33,590 nt of DNA from assembly GCA_031418795.1 (NCBI GenBank), contig JANOJO010000167.1, forward strand, positions 1 to 33,590, read 5' to 3'. A program made the translations under genes and the position numbers. The stretch is from Bacteroidota bacterium. GTDB lineage: Bacteria > Bacteroidota > Bacteroidia > Chitinophagales > Chitinophagaceae. The notes beneath the pieces were generated by a model. That model ran no database searches. It was not told where the DNA came from and was given only the letters and a program-made list of their open reading frames with translations. Below, one piece after another: positions 22,392-32,233 of the stretch. The stretch's first letter is position 1. Each line of letters opens with the position of its first letter.

Positions 22392-24626
22392 ATGGAAACA
22401 CAGGAAAAAAAACATAAGTATAATCTGGATGAGGAGCAGGAAAAAAAACTGATCCTCAGGGAATACCGTGCCTTGCTGCGGGCATTAAAAACAAAACTGA
22501 AACCCGGAGACAAAAAATCTATCCGGGTTGCTTTTGAAATGGCCGTGGATGCTCATAAAACCATGCGCCGTAAAAGCGGTGAACCTTATATTCTTCATCC
22601 GCTTGCCGTAGCAAGAATTTGTGTGGAAGAAATTGGACTTGGTGTCCGCTCCACCATTTGTTCACTTTTACATGATACGGTAGAAGATACGGACATCAGC
22701 CTGGAAGATATTGACCGGGAATTTGGAAATGAGATTTCAAAAATTGTAGATGGGCTTACAAAAATCTCAAATGTTATTGACGTAAATGCATCCAAGCAGG
22801 CAGAGAATTTTAAAAAAATATTGCTCACACTTACGGATGACCCCCGTGTAATCCTGATTAAGCTCTCCGACAGACTGCATAATATGCGAACACTGGATCA
22901 CATGAAGGTGGAGAAGCAATTAAAAGTTTCTTCGGAAACAGTGTATGTGTATGCACCCCTGGCCCACCGCATGGGATTGTATAATATTAAAACAGAGATG
23001 GAAGATCTGGCCATGAAATACCTGGAGCCGGATGCATATAAAGAAATTGCACAAAAACTTTCGGAAACAAAAAAAGAAAGAACAAAATACATCAATGAAT
23101 TTATTAAACCCATAAAAGAGAAATTGGAGAAAGCTGATTTTGATTTTGAAATTTATGGCCGTCCAAAACATATTCTTTCTATCTGGAGCAAAATAAAAAA
23201 GAAGGGAGTGAGTTTTGAAGAAGTGTATGATCTCTTCGCTATTCGTGTTATTCTTAATTCACCACCAGAAAAAGAAAAAGAAGATTGCTGGAAAGTTTAT
23301 TCTTTTATTACAGATGAATACTCTCCTGCGCCGGAGCGGCTGCGGGATTGGCTGAGCAATCCTAAAAACAATGGTTACGAAGCGCTGCATACAACCGTGA
23401 TGGGCCCGCAGGGAAAATGGGTGGAAGTGCAGATTCGTACTCAACGGATGAATGAAATTGCTGAGAAGGGTTTGGCCGCTCACTGGAAATATAAAGAAGG
23501 AAGTTCAGACGAGAGCCGGTTTGATAAATGGTTTCAGCAAATAAGGGAAGTAATTACCAGCCAGGATACGGACTCGGTTGACTTTCTCCAGGATTTTAAA
23601 ACCAGTTTTCTTACTGAAGAAATTTATATCTACACCCCTAAAGGTGATGTAAAAATGTTGCCGGTTGGCGCCACTGCTCTTGATTTTGCATTTGGAATAC
23701 ACAGCGCTATTGGTGTAAAAACAATTGGCGCCAAAGTAAATCACAAATTGGTTCCGCTTAGTCATAAACTGCGCAGCGGAGATCAGGTGGAAATTATTAC
23801 CAGCAATAAACAAAAACCATCCGAGGACTGGTTGGGTTTTGTAGTTACATCAAAAGCAAAAGGAAGAATAAGGGATGCACTGAAAGAAGAAAAAAGAAAA
23901 ATAGCTGATGAAGGAAAATACACCGTGCAGCGGAAAATAGAAGCCATGGGTGTTGCATTTAACCAGCATAATATAGATGAGGTATGGTCTTATTACAAAC
24001 TCAGTTCTTCACTCGATCTTTTTTACCAGGTGGCAGTAAAAAATATAGATCTCAAAGAACTGAAAGAGTTCAAGGTTTATGGCGATAAATTAGAAGCGCC
24101 AAAACCGGTGAAAGTGCATGAGCAAAAACCTGAATACATTCCACATGCATTAAATAAAAAAGATGCCGAGCTGATAATTTTTGGAGAAAGCAGTGATAAG
24201 ATAGTTTACAATCTTGCCAACTGCTGCAAGCCCATTCCGGGTGATGATGTATTTGGTTTTGTAACAACAGGAAAAGGATTAACCATTCACCGTAACAACT
24301 GCTCCAATGCTGCAAAACTGATGGCCAATTTTGGTCACCGTGTGGTAAAAACAAAATGGGCTAAGAATAAAGAAATATCCTTCCTTACCGGTTTAAAAAT
24401 TGTGGGACTTGATGATGTGGGTGTGGTAAATAAAATCACCAATCTTATTTCGGGTGAATTAAGAATTAATATTTCTGCTCTTACTATTGAAGCAAAAGAA
24501 GGATTGTTTGAAGGAAATATTAAACTGTATGTACACGACAAGGAAGAGCTGGATGAATTAGTAAACAGTTTATTGAATTTACCCGGCATTGAAAAAGTGG
24601 AACGGTACGATACAGAAGCAGTTTAA
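22392..24626 (+). CDS. spoT: Bifunctional (p)ppGpp synthetase/hydrolase, RelA/SpoT (Rel) family
   Basis: 744 aa. HD hydrolase domain (EPYILHPLAVA...LLHDTVEDT), RelA_SpoT synthetase domain (YRPKHILSIW.K...DLFAIRVI...GYEALHTTV), then TGS (IYIYTPKGDV) and a C-terminal ACT-like region. Confidence 0.95.
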   Translation: METQEKKHKYNLDEEQEKKLILREYRALLRALKTKLKPGDKKSIRVAFEMAVDAHKTMRRKSGEPYILHPLAVARICVEEIGLGVRSTICSLLHDTVEDTDISLEDIDREFGNEISKIVDGLTKISNVIDVNASKQAENFKKILLTLTDDPRVILIKLSDRLHNMRTLDHMKVEKQLKVSSETVYVYAPLAHRMGLYNIKTEMEDLAMKYLEPDAYKEIAQKLSETKKERTKYINEFIKPIKEKLEKADFDFEIYGRPKHILSIWSKIKKKGVSFEEVYDLFAIRVILNSPPEKEKEDCWKVYSFITDEYSPAPERLRDWLSNPKNNGYEALHTTVMGPQGKWVEVQIRTQRMNEIAEKGLAAHWKYKEGSSDESRFDKWFQQIREVITSQDTDSVDFLQDFKTSFLTEEIYIYTPKGDVKMLPVGATALDFAFGIHSAIGVKTIGAKVNHKLVPLSHKLRSGDQVEIITSNKQKPSEDWLGFVVTSKAKGRIRDALKEEKRKIADEGKYTVQRKIEAMGVAFNQHNIDEVWSYYKLSSSLDLFYQVAVKNIDLKELKEFKVYGDKLEAPKPVKVHEQKPEYIPHALNKKDAELIIFGESSDKIVYNLANCCKPIPGDDVFGFVTTGKGLTIHRNNCSNAAKLMANFGHRVVKTKWAKNKEISFLTGLKIVGLDDVGVVNKITNLISGELRINISALTIEAKEGLFEGNIKLYVHDKEELDELVNSLLNLPGIEKVERYDTEAV

Positions 24627-24718
24627 AGAATTGTAATTTCAAATCTGGAGAAAAAACATAAAAAGAAATATTGCTATCTTTCAACCACTTATTTTTTACC
24701 AACTGATTAGTAACTGCT

Positions 24719-27700
24719 ATGAGAAAGTGTTGTGCTGTATTTGTTTTTATTTCATGTATTTGCTTTTTCAGCATCCAGGCTTTATCTCAGGGTTGTATTT
24801 CCACAAATAATAATACAGTAATAAATTTTTCATGCGGGCAACTCTGCGGCCCGGTAAATCTGCAGGTACCTGATCTGAAAACTTCTTCAGATTATATTGT
24901 TTCAACTATTCCTTATACTCCGTATGCTTTTACATCAGCAACAGGAATTCAGGATTTTATTATTTATGACGATGACAAGTATAGCACTCTTTCCGGAATC
25001 GGATTTCCTTTTTGTTTTTATGACTCGGTATTTACCCAGGTTATAGTTGGTTCTAACGGAGTCATTTCATTTGATTATGAATTTACAACCTGCCCTCCAA
25101 ACACTTCAGCAGCCTGGAATATTTCAAATCCTATTCCATTTAACTCAGGTTTTACAATCTGTAATCCAAATACTTCCAATTATCCGAGAGCAAGTATAAT
25201 GGGTGCTTTTATGGATCTTGATCCAAGAACAAGTCCGGCTTCAAGCCCGGCAAATAGAAAAATTGAATGGAGAACCGAAGGCGATATACCATGTCGTCGT
25301 TTTATAGCCAGCTATTTTAATATTGGTGTTTTTCAAGCCACAGCATGTGGTTTAAGTACACCAGCTACTTTTCAAATTGTCTTATATGAATCTACAGGAT
25401 TAATTGAAATTTATATTGCAAATAAGATTTGTCCTGCCTTAGGCACTAATGGCAGTAATGCCATACTTGGAATAATGGACTGGACAAGAACAAAAGCCGT
25501 AGCAGCCCCTGGTAAAAATGGAACTGCCTGGACTGCACAAAACGAATCATACCGCTTCACCCCTTCCGGCGGTGCATCAAGATTTATCAACTCCCAACTT
25601 TTTACTTTAGGGGGAACACTTATAACCACTGCAACACCGGCTAACATAACGCCCGGTTTAATTGATCTTAGTTTTCCCAATATTTGCCCAGCCGGCAACA
25701 CCGAACAATTTGTTGTAAGAACAAGTTATACCTCCTGCAGTGCGCCGGGCTTTAATATTGTAACTGACGATACCATCACTATAAATAAAACTGTTTCATT
25801 GAATGCTACAGTTAATGCAGTAAATATTAATTGTGCCACAGGCGCCACAGGATCTATTACTGTAAATGTTCCGGCAGGCAGCGGTGTGCAACCCTATCAG
25901 TATTCATTGAACGGCGGTCTATTGCAGGCAAGCAATGTTTTTACAAACCTTAATACAGGAGCATACACTGTGTTTGTTACTGATATTAATGGATGCAGCA
26001 GCACCCTGAATGTTTCTATTATCCAATCAGGTTCTTTCGGATTGGGTACATCGGTTACTAATTCATCTTGCCCCGGTGTAAACAATGGAACGATTCTTAT
26101 TTTACCGCCAACTATTTATTTACCCATTCAATATTCTTTGAATGGCGGCCCGCCCCAAACAATTAATTTTTTTAATAACCTGCCTGCAGGTACATATATA
26201 ATTACAGCAATTGACGCAGTTGGTTGTACGGGATCAACTACAGTTGTAGTAAACCAGGGTACAGGTGTTACTGCAAGTTTTACCACCACTCCTACTTCCT
26301 GCTCTGGTGCAATCAATGGTAGCATTACAATAATACCCGGCGCAGGCACTGCACCCTTTACATATTCACTCAACGGAGCAGCTTATCAACCGGGTAATGT
26401 ATTTACAGGGTTGGCGGCAATCACTTATACAATTAATGTAAGGGATGCCAATGGGTGTAATACAAATTTTCCTGTTACAATAAATCCGGGTGCGGCATTA
26501 AATGCCACTATCAGTAAAACAGATGTGATTTGTAATGGAGCAAATAATGGAACCATCACTGTAAATATTTCTAATGGCTCCCCTCCGTTTCAATATTCTT
26601 TGGATAATATTTTATGGCAACCCGGTAATATTTTTACCGGGCTGGCTGCGGGTACTTATACAGTTTATTACAGGGATATTAATGCCTGCTCCAATTCGCA
26701 ATCAATAACCATTACACAACCAACTATATTAAATGTATCTGCAACCACGCTGCCGGCAGTTTGTTTTGGGCAGGCAAATGGAATTATCCGTGTTACAGTA
26801 ACTGGTGGGGCTGCTCCTTATCAATATTCATTGGATGGTTTTACCTATCAAACCGTGGATTCATTCTTAGTAACTGCCGGATCTTTTGTAGTGTATGTAA
26901 GAGATATTAATGGATGTGTAAATACACAAAATGTGATAGTAACCCAGCCCGCAATTTTATCTTTAAGTCTTGCTATGCAAAATGCAAGTTGCAATGGCGG
27001 AGCAGATGGACGGATTACTGCAACCGCAGGCGGTGGTAATGGCGGACTGCAATATTCAATTGATGGTGGAGTAACCTACCAGGCTTCAAATATTTTTAAT
27101 GTGCTCCCCGGTTCCTATACCATTATTATAAAAGATGTAAAGAACTGTACTGTGTCGCAATCAATCACGGTTGGCCTTTCTAATAATCTTTCAATTACTC
27201 CTGCTGCTGATCAAACAATTTGCGAAGGAAGTACGGCGCAGTTGGGTGTGACTACGAATGGCAATCAATTTATATGGACACAGGCTGCATCATTAAATAA
27301 TGCCGCTATTCAAAATCCAATTGCATCACCAACTATTACCACTCAATATATAGTTACAGCTTCATTTGGTTTGTGCAACGGGCAGGATACAATAATAGTA
27401 AACGTTAATCTTGCCCCTGTTCCCGATGCAGGAACAGATGGTGATATTTGTTTTGGACAAAGCTATCAGTTGCTGGGGTCAGGGGGTGTTCAATATAATT
27501 GGACACCGGCAACATCTCTTAGCAGTTCAATATTATCAAATCCGCTTGCATCACCACCGCAAACTATTACTTACAGTTTAAGTGTTGTTGATGCTATTGG
27601 ATGCCCATCAATAATACAAGACCAGGTAATAATAAATGTAACACCGCCAATCATTGTACAAACATTTCCTTCAGACACAGTAGTTTTTAACGGCGACCAG

Positions 27701-28159
27701 TTTCAGTTATTAGCAACATCAGCGGGTACCAATTATACATGGAGTCCGCCGATTGGATTGAGCAATCCTTTAATACCAAATCCAATACTTACTGTAACAA
27801 CAGATATAAGTTTTATGGTAACAGCAACTACTTCTGCCGGTTGCCGTGGCGATGGTGTGGTAAATATTAAAGTGTACAATGGCCCTGAAATTTATGTGCC
27901 TACTGGTTTTACTCCAAATGGCGATGGCAAAAATGATAAGTTCAAACCCTTTCCGGTTGGTATTACCAATCTGAATTATTTCAAGGTATTTAACCGATGG
28001 GGGCAACTAGTTTTTTCTACCACAATATTTAATGACGGCTGGGATGGAAAAGTTGGCGGAATGGATCAACCCACAGGAACATTTGTTTGGATGGTGCAGG
28101 GTGTGGCAAGAGATGGAAGAGTGATTACAAAAAGAGGAACGGTGACATTAATAAGGTAA
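24719..28159 (+). CDS. Large T9SS-secreted repeat protein: signal peptide, N-terminal domain, 6 SprB-type repeats, 3 Ig-like repeats, type-B (gliding-motility CHU_C) C-terminal sorting domain
   Basis: 1146 aa with signal peptide MRKCCAVFVFISCICFFSIQALSQ. Six repeats of about 77 aa fit C.G..(N/D)G.I.V...GG..P(Y/F)QYSL(N/D)G...Q..N.F..L..G.Y.V.V.D.NGC. The C-terminus YVPTGFTPNGDGKNDKFKPF...FKVFNRWGQLVF...WDGK...P.GTFVW...G.VTLIR is the T9SS type-B CTD pattern (nt about 27881-28156). Confidence 0.9.
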   Translation: MRKCCAVFVFISCICFFSIQALSQGCISTNNNTVINFSCGQLCGPVNLQVPDLKTSSDYIVSTIPYTPYAFTSATGIQDFIIYDDDKYSTLSGIGFPFCFYDSVFTQVIVGSNGVISFDYEFTTCPPNTSAAWNISNPIPFNSGFTICNPNTSNYPRASIMGAFMDLDPRTSPASSPANRKIEWRTEGDIPCRRFIASYFNIGVFQATACGLSTPATFQIVLYESTGLIEIYIANKICPALGTNGSNAILGIMDWTRTKAVAAPGKNGTAWTAQNESYRFTPSGGASRFINSQLFTLGGTLITTATPANITPGLIDLSFPNICPAGNTEQFVVRTSYTSCSAPGFNIVTDDTITINKTVSLNATVNAVNINCATGATGSITVNVPAGSGVQPYQYSLNGGLLQASNVFTNLNTGAYTVFVTDINGCSSTLNVSIIQSGSFGLGTSVTNSSCPGVNNGTILILPPTIYLPIQYSLNGGPPQTINFFNNLPAGTYIITAIDAVGCTGSTTVVVNQGTGVTASFTTTPTSCSGAINGSITIIPGAGTAPFTYSLNGAAYQPGNVFTGLAAITYTINVRDANGCNTNFPVTINPGAALNATISKTDVICNGANNGTITVNISNGSPPFQYSLDNILWQPGNIFTGLAAGTYTVYYRDINACSNSQSITITQPTILNVSATTLPAVCFGQANGIIRVTVTGGAAPYQYSLDGFTYQTVDSFLVTAGSFVVYVRDINGCVNTQNVIVTQPAILSLSLAMQNASCNGGADGRITATAGGGNGGLQYSIDGGVTYQASNIFNVLPGSYTIIIKDVKNCTVSQSITVGLSNNLSITPAADQTICEGSTAQLGVTTNGNQFIWTQAASLNNAAIQNPIASPTITTQYIVTASFGLCNGQDTIIVNVNLAPVPDAGTDGDICFGQSYQLLGSGGVQYNWTPATSLSSSILSNPLASPPQTITYSLSVVDAIGCPSIIQDQVIINVTPPIIVQTFPSDTVVFNGDQFQLLATSAGTNYTWSPPIGLSNPLIPNPILTVTTDISFMVTATTSAGCRGDGVVNIKVYNGPEIYVPTGFTPNGDGKNDKFKPFPVGITNLNYFKVFNRWGQLVFSTTIFNDGWDGKVGGMDQPTGTFVWMVQGVARDGRVITKRGTVTLIR
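25796..27172 (+). repeat. In-frame array of six ~231-nt SprB-type coding repeats inside the adhesin gene
   Basis: The repeat-initial Cys residues fall at aa 372, 451, 528, 605, 682 and 758, giving a period of 76-79 aa. Confidence 0.8.
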
Positions 28160-28409
28160 AGCAAACCCCCAGCCCCTGAAGAGGAGCAAGAAAAATCTTT
28201 CATTTCGGGTTGAGGTGAATAATTGTGGAAAGAAATTTTCATCAGACATGAAATTATTTCAAATGCTTTTTGTTGTTCCCTTATTTTTGCTCCCGTTGTA
28301 AAAGTGGTTTTTGAAATTTGGTTTAAGTTAATTTTTAAAATTTACTAAATCAATACAGCTTAGTAGAAATAAAAAAGAAAGTTTACAAAAAATAAAAAAC
28401 TTTTCTAAA

Positions 28410-28442
28410 GGCGGACTCTAAAGTCTCCGCCTTTCGGCGGAG
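28410..28442 (+). promoter_or_regulatory. Mutually exclusive hairpins in the purA leader
   Basis: GGCGGA (28410-28415) ... CTCCGCC (28425-28431) TTTC GGCGGAG (28436-28442). The central arm can pair with either flank. The 3' hairpin has a 7-bp stem and a tetraloop and ends 17 nt before the purA ATG. Confidence 0.4.
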
Positions 28443-28459
28443 GTTTGGGGGTTTTCAAT

Positions 28460-29725
28460 ATGGTAGATGTAATACTTGGTTTGCAATGGGGCGATGAAGG
28501 GAAAGGAAAAATTGTTGACTTTTTTGCTCCGGGTTACGATGTTATTGCCCGTTTTCAGGGTGGCCCCAATGCCGGGCATACACTTTATGTAAATGATAAA
28601 AAAGTGGTGCTTCACCAGATTCCTTCCGGTGTGTTTCATGAAAATAAAATAAACCTTATTGGAAACGGGGTGGTGCTGGATCCGGTAACATTAAAAAAAG
28701 AATGTGATACCGTTTCATCATTTGGGGTTGATCTCAGGAAAAATCTTTTCATCTCAGAAAGAACGCATCTTATTTTACCCACACACCGGGCATTAGATAA
28801 AGCTTCGGAGCTTGCAAAAGGAAATGATAAGATTGGATCTACATTAAAAGGAATTGGCCCCACATACATGGATAAAACCGGAAGAAATGGTTTGCGGGTT
28901 GGTGATCTTTTAAGACCTGATTTTAAAAAGCATTACGATAAACTGGTTGCCAAACACCGGCAACTACTCGATGCCTATTCTTTCAATGAAGATATTTCGG
29001 CATGGGAAAAAGAATTTTTTGAATGTGTGGAGTTTTTAAAACAACTTAATATTGTAAATGGTGAATATTTCATCAACAAACTGATTGCTTCAGGAAAAAA
29101 AGTTTTGGCAGAGGGTGCACAGGGCAGTATGCTGGATATTGACTTTGGCACTTTTCCATTTGTTACATCATCCAATACAATTTCTGCAGGGGTTTGCAGC
29201 GGGCTGGGCATTGCGCCGCAACAAATAAAAGATGTGCTGGGTGTCACAAAGGCTTATTGCACCCGTGTTGGCAGCGGTCCTTTTCCTACAGAGTTGGATA
29301 ATGCAACCGGGGAGGAATTAAGAAAAATCGGAAATGAATTTGGCGCCACCACCGGCAGGCCACGCCGCTGCGGCTGGATTGATTTGGTTGCCCTTAAATT
29401 TGCCTGCATGATAAACGGGGTAACAAAAATTGTAATGACAAAAGCCGATGTGCTGGATAGTTTTAAAGAATTGGAAGTTTGTACATCTTACCTTGCAGAT
29501 GGAAAGTCAACGCAGGAAATTCCTTTTAGTTTGACAGGAATTGAACTTCAACCTGTGTATAAAAATTTTGCGGGATGGAATACGGATTCAACTGTTTTAA
29601 AAAATGAAAAAGATATTCCGGCCTCCATGCAGCATTATGTAAATTTTATTAATCAATACCTGGGAGTGCAGGTGAAATATATTTCCAACGGGCCTGGCAG
29701 GGATCAGATAATTTCTTTAACTTGA
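28460..29725 (+). CDS. purA: Adenylosuccinate synthetase
   Basis: The ORF track starts at TTG 28445. The canonical N-terminus MVDVILGLQWGDEGKGKIVD starts at ATG 28460. Also present are GGPNAGHT, GIGPTY, TTGRPRRCGW and a full-length PurA pattern. Confidence 0.96.
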   Translation: MVDVILGLQWGDEGKGKIVDFFAPGYDVIARFQGGPNAGHTLYVNDKKVVLHQIPSGVFHENKINLIGNGVVLDPVTLKKECDTVSSFGVDLRKNLFISERTHLILPTHRALDKASELAKGNDKIGSTLKGIGPTYMDKTGRNGLRVGDLLRPDFKKHYDKLVAKHRQLLDAYSFNEDISAWEKEFFECVEFLKQLNIVNGEYFINKLIASGKKVLAEGAQGSMLDIDFGTFPFVTSSNTISAGVCSGLGIAPQQIKDVLGVTKAYCTRVGSGPFPTELDNATGEELRKIGNEFGATTGRPRRCGWIDLVALKFACMINGVTKIVMTKADVLDSFKELEVCTSYLADGKSTQEIPFSLTGIELQPVYKNFAGWNTDSTVLKNEKDIPASMQHYVNFINQYLGVQVKYISNGPGRDQIISLT

Positions 29726-29802
29726 AAAATGATAAAAAATTATAATAAAAATTTGGCAGTTTAAAAACTTCGCTTAAATTTTACATCGAATAATTTTATT
29801 GT

Positions 29803-30246
29803 ATGACTATGAAATCTGCAAAAGGAAAAAAATCTTCTGAAAAGATTGAAAATTCATCTGCTCACGAAGCGGAAAAGAAACCTGTATCCAAATCCAAAAA
29901 ACAAATGGAAGATGAGGATGATGATTTGGATGATGAGGAGGAAACAGACGTAAAAGCAACTTCTAAGAAATCTGGCAAAACATCTGCTGCAAAAAAAGGA
30001 AGTGACGACGACGACGATGCAGATGCAGAAGAAGTAAAGGATGATTGGGAAAAACCAGAGGCTGAAGAAGAATGGGATCCGGATTTTGATGAATTTGATA
30101 TCCCTGATTCAAAAGGAAAGAAAGCAGCCGGCTCCGGTACTATGAAGAAAGGCGCTGATGATGATGATTTGAAAATGGATGATGAGTTTAAGGATCTTTT
30201 TAATGATGATGCCGATGGAGAAGATGGAGATGACGACGATTATTAA
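29803..30246 (+). CDS. Hyper-acidic low-complexity (K/D/E-rich) protein, probably intrinsically disordered
   Basis: 147-aa ORF. Runs such as EDEDDDLDDEEE, SDDDDDADAEE and DADGEDGDDDDY alternate with K/S-rich stretches. There is a short aromatic patch, DDWEKPEAEEEWDPDFDEFDIP. No family recognised. Confidence 0.55.
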   Translation: MTMKSAKGKKSSEKIENSSAHEAEKKPVSKSKKQMEDEDDDLDDEEETDVKATSKKSGKTSAAKKGSDDDDDADAEEVKDDWEKPEAEEEWDPDFDEFDIPDSKGKKAAGSGTMKKGADDDDLKMDDEFKDLFNDDADGEDGDDDDY

Positions 30247-30273
30247 TTCGTGTAATTTTTCTCACGTTTTATT

Positions 30274-31590
30274 TTGAACGCAACCAATACTACCTGTAGC
30301 TTTACTATTGTTGATTTTATTACGGTAAAGAAAAAAATGCTGAACTGGGCCAACCAGTACGGCATTTTTTGTTTTTTGGATAATCATAACTACCAGTTGG
30401 CACCACATTCTGTGGAGTGTATTCTTGCTGCCGGTGTAAAAAGAGAATTCAGTGCAGAACCCGGCACTGCATTAAGTGATTTACAAAAATTTATTGAAGA
30501 AAAACCTGCCTGGCTATTCGGCCACCTGGGTTATGATCTTAAAAATGAAATGGAGAACCTGAGTTCTTCTTATAAAGATTTTCTTAAATTTCCTGCCACT
30601 TATTTTTTTGAACCGGAAATTATCATCCGGCTTACAGAAAAAGAATTAATAGTAGAAAGCGATGCGGATGCAAAACTGATTTTTCAACAGTTGATGGCAA
30701 CAGATGCGGGTGCAGAAAAAGAAATTAATCATATTCCGTATATTCTTCAGCAACGGTTTTCAAAAAATGAATACATTGAAACAGTTGGCAAACTGAAGAA
30801 CCATATTCTCCGCGGCGATTGTTATGAAATAAATTTTTGCCAGGAATTTTTTGCAGAAGATGCATTCATTGATCCGGTGAAAGTTTATCATCAGCTCAGT
30901 GCATTGTCCCCCAATCCATTTTCTGCTTTGTACAAACTGCATGATAAATTTTTAATTTGCGCCAGCCCTGAAAGATTTTTAAGAAAGGAAGGAAATAAAA
31001 TTTTATCGCAACCCATCAAAGGTACCTCATCCCGTCACCTGCAGGATAAAAAGATGGACGATGAAAGCAGGGTTAATCTTTTTACAAGTGATAAAGACAG
31101 ATCTGAAAATGTAATGGTGGTAGATCTTGTACGCAATGATCTTTCACGGGTTTGTATTGAAGGCAGTGTACAGGTGGATGAGCTTTATGGCATTTATTCA
31201 TTTCCACAGGTACATCAAATGATTTCTACGGTAAGCGGGAAGTTGAAAAAAAATATTTCTTTTAAAGAAATTATCAACGCTGCTTTTCCCATGGGTTCCA
31301 TGACAGGTGCACCTAAAAAAAGAGTGATGGAATTAATAGAACAATATGAACGATCAAGGCGTGGAATTTTTTCAGGTGCATTGGGATATATCACGCCGGA
31401 AAGTGACCTGCCTGCCGGACAGGCAGGTTTTGATTTTAATGTTGTAATAAGAAGCATCATGTACAATGCTTCAGAAAAATATCTTTCTTTTATGGCAGGT
31501 TCGGGCATTACTTTTTACAGTGATGCGGAGAAGGAGTATGAAGAATGTTTGTTGAAAGCAGGGGCGATGAAAGGGGCGTTAATGGAGTGA
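30274..31590 (+). CDS. pabB: Aminodeoxychorismate synthase component I (anthranilate synthase component I family, chorismate-binding)
   Basis: 438 aa. Chorismate-binding domain motifs are GDCYEINFCQ, SPERFL, PIKGT, DLVRNDLSRV, FPMGSMTGAPK and RGIFSGALGY. The start is uncertain: TTG 30274 per the ORF track, or ATG 30337 (MLNWANQ). Confidence 0.88.
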   Translation: MNATNTTCSFTIVDFITVKKKMLNWANQYGIFCFLDNHNYQLAPHSVECILAAGVKREFSAEPGTALSDLQKFIEEKPAWLFGHLGYDLKNEMENLSSSYKDFLKFPATYFFEPEIIIRLTEKELIVESDADAKLIFQQLMATDAGAEKEINHIPYILQQRFSKNEYIETVGKLKNHILRGDCYEINFCQEFFAEDAFIDPVKVYHQLSALSPNPFSALYKLHDKFLICASPERFLRKEGNKILSQPIKGTSSRHLQDKKMDDESRVNLFTSDKDRSENVMVVDLVRNDLSRVCIEGSVQVDELYGIYSFPQVHQMISTVSGKLKKNISFKEIINAAFPMGSMTGAPKKRVMELIEQYERSRRGIFSGALGYITPESDLPAGQAGFDFNVVIRSIMYNASEKYLSFMAGSGITFYSDAEKEYEECLLKAGAMKGALME

Positions 31591-31749
31591 AATAATATTT
31601 TGAAATTATACCTGAAGTAATGGACTATCCCGATGAAATAAAACACCACGCAAACAGCATCTCAAATTTTAAGTAAAAATGAAGACCCATAAGAAACTAA
31701 ATTTTTTTTTCAATTTGTTTTCGTAATTTTTGCTACCTAATTTATTTTT

Positions 31750-32166
31750 ATGAAACGTATTTTATTTTTTGCAGCCTTATTTTTTTTAGTAAGCAGCAAG
31801 TTATTTTCCCAATCAAAACCATACCATGTGGTATTTGACATTACAACCGGCGATTCGGCCACACACCAGCGGGTGATAAAATGGATACTGAGCATTGTGG
31901 AAGCACATCCCGATGCAAAAATTGAAGTGGTGTTTTATGGAAAATCATTGCCCATGGTGGAAAAAGAAAAATCATCAGTGGCCGGTGATGTAAGAAAACT
32001 GGCTGCTGGTAATAATGTAACCTTTGTTGTATGCGAACAAGCCATGCAAGTTTATAAAGTAGAAAAAAACATGCTGTTGCCGGGAGTAAAAACGGTGCCA
32101 GATGCCATTTATGAACTCATCAGCAGGCAGGCAGACGGGTATGGTTATATAAAAGTAACCAATTGA
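31750..32166 (+). CDS. Secreted DsrE/DsrF-like family protein
   Basis: 138 aa with signal peptide MKRILFFAALFFLVSSKLFSQ. HVVFDITTGD...IEVVFYGKSL...VTFVVCEQAM...GVKTVPDAIYELI..Q..GYGYIKV resembles the DsrE-like fold pattern. By-eye call. Confidence 0.55.
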   Translation: MKRILFFAALFFLVSSKLFSQSKPYHVVFDITTGDSATHQRVIKWILSIVEAHPDAKIEVVFYGKSLPMVEKEKSSVAGDVRKLAAGNNVTFVVCEQAMQVYKVEKNMLLPGVKTVPDAIYELISRQADGYGYIKVTN

Positions 32167-32233
32167 AAAAACCTGTTTGTAACTCTTCTCACACTCCCAT
32201 TCATTTTTATTCAGCAACTTTGCAGTCCATTTA

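Noticed and set aside
28381-28459. A purine (guanine/adenine) riboswitch upstream of purA.
   Set aside because: The leader is too short and lacks the three-way-junction architecture and conserved loop sequences. Only a simple alternative-hairpin arrangement is present, and that is reported separately.
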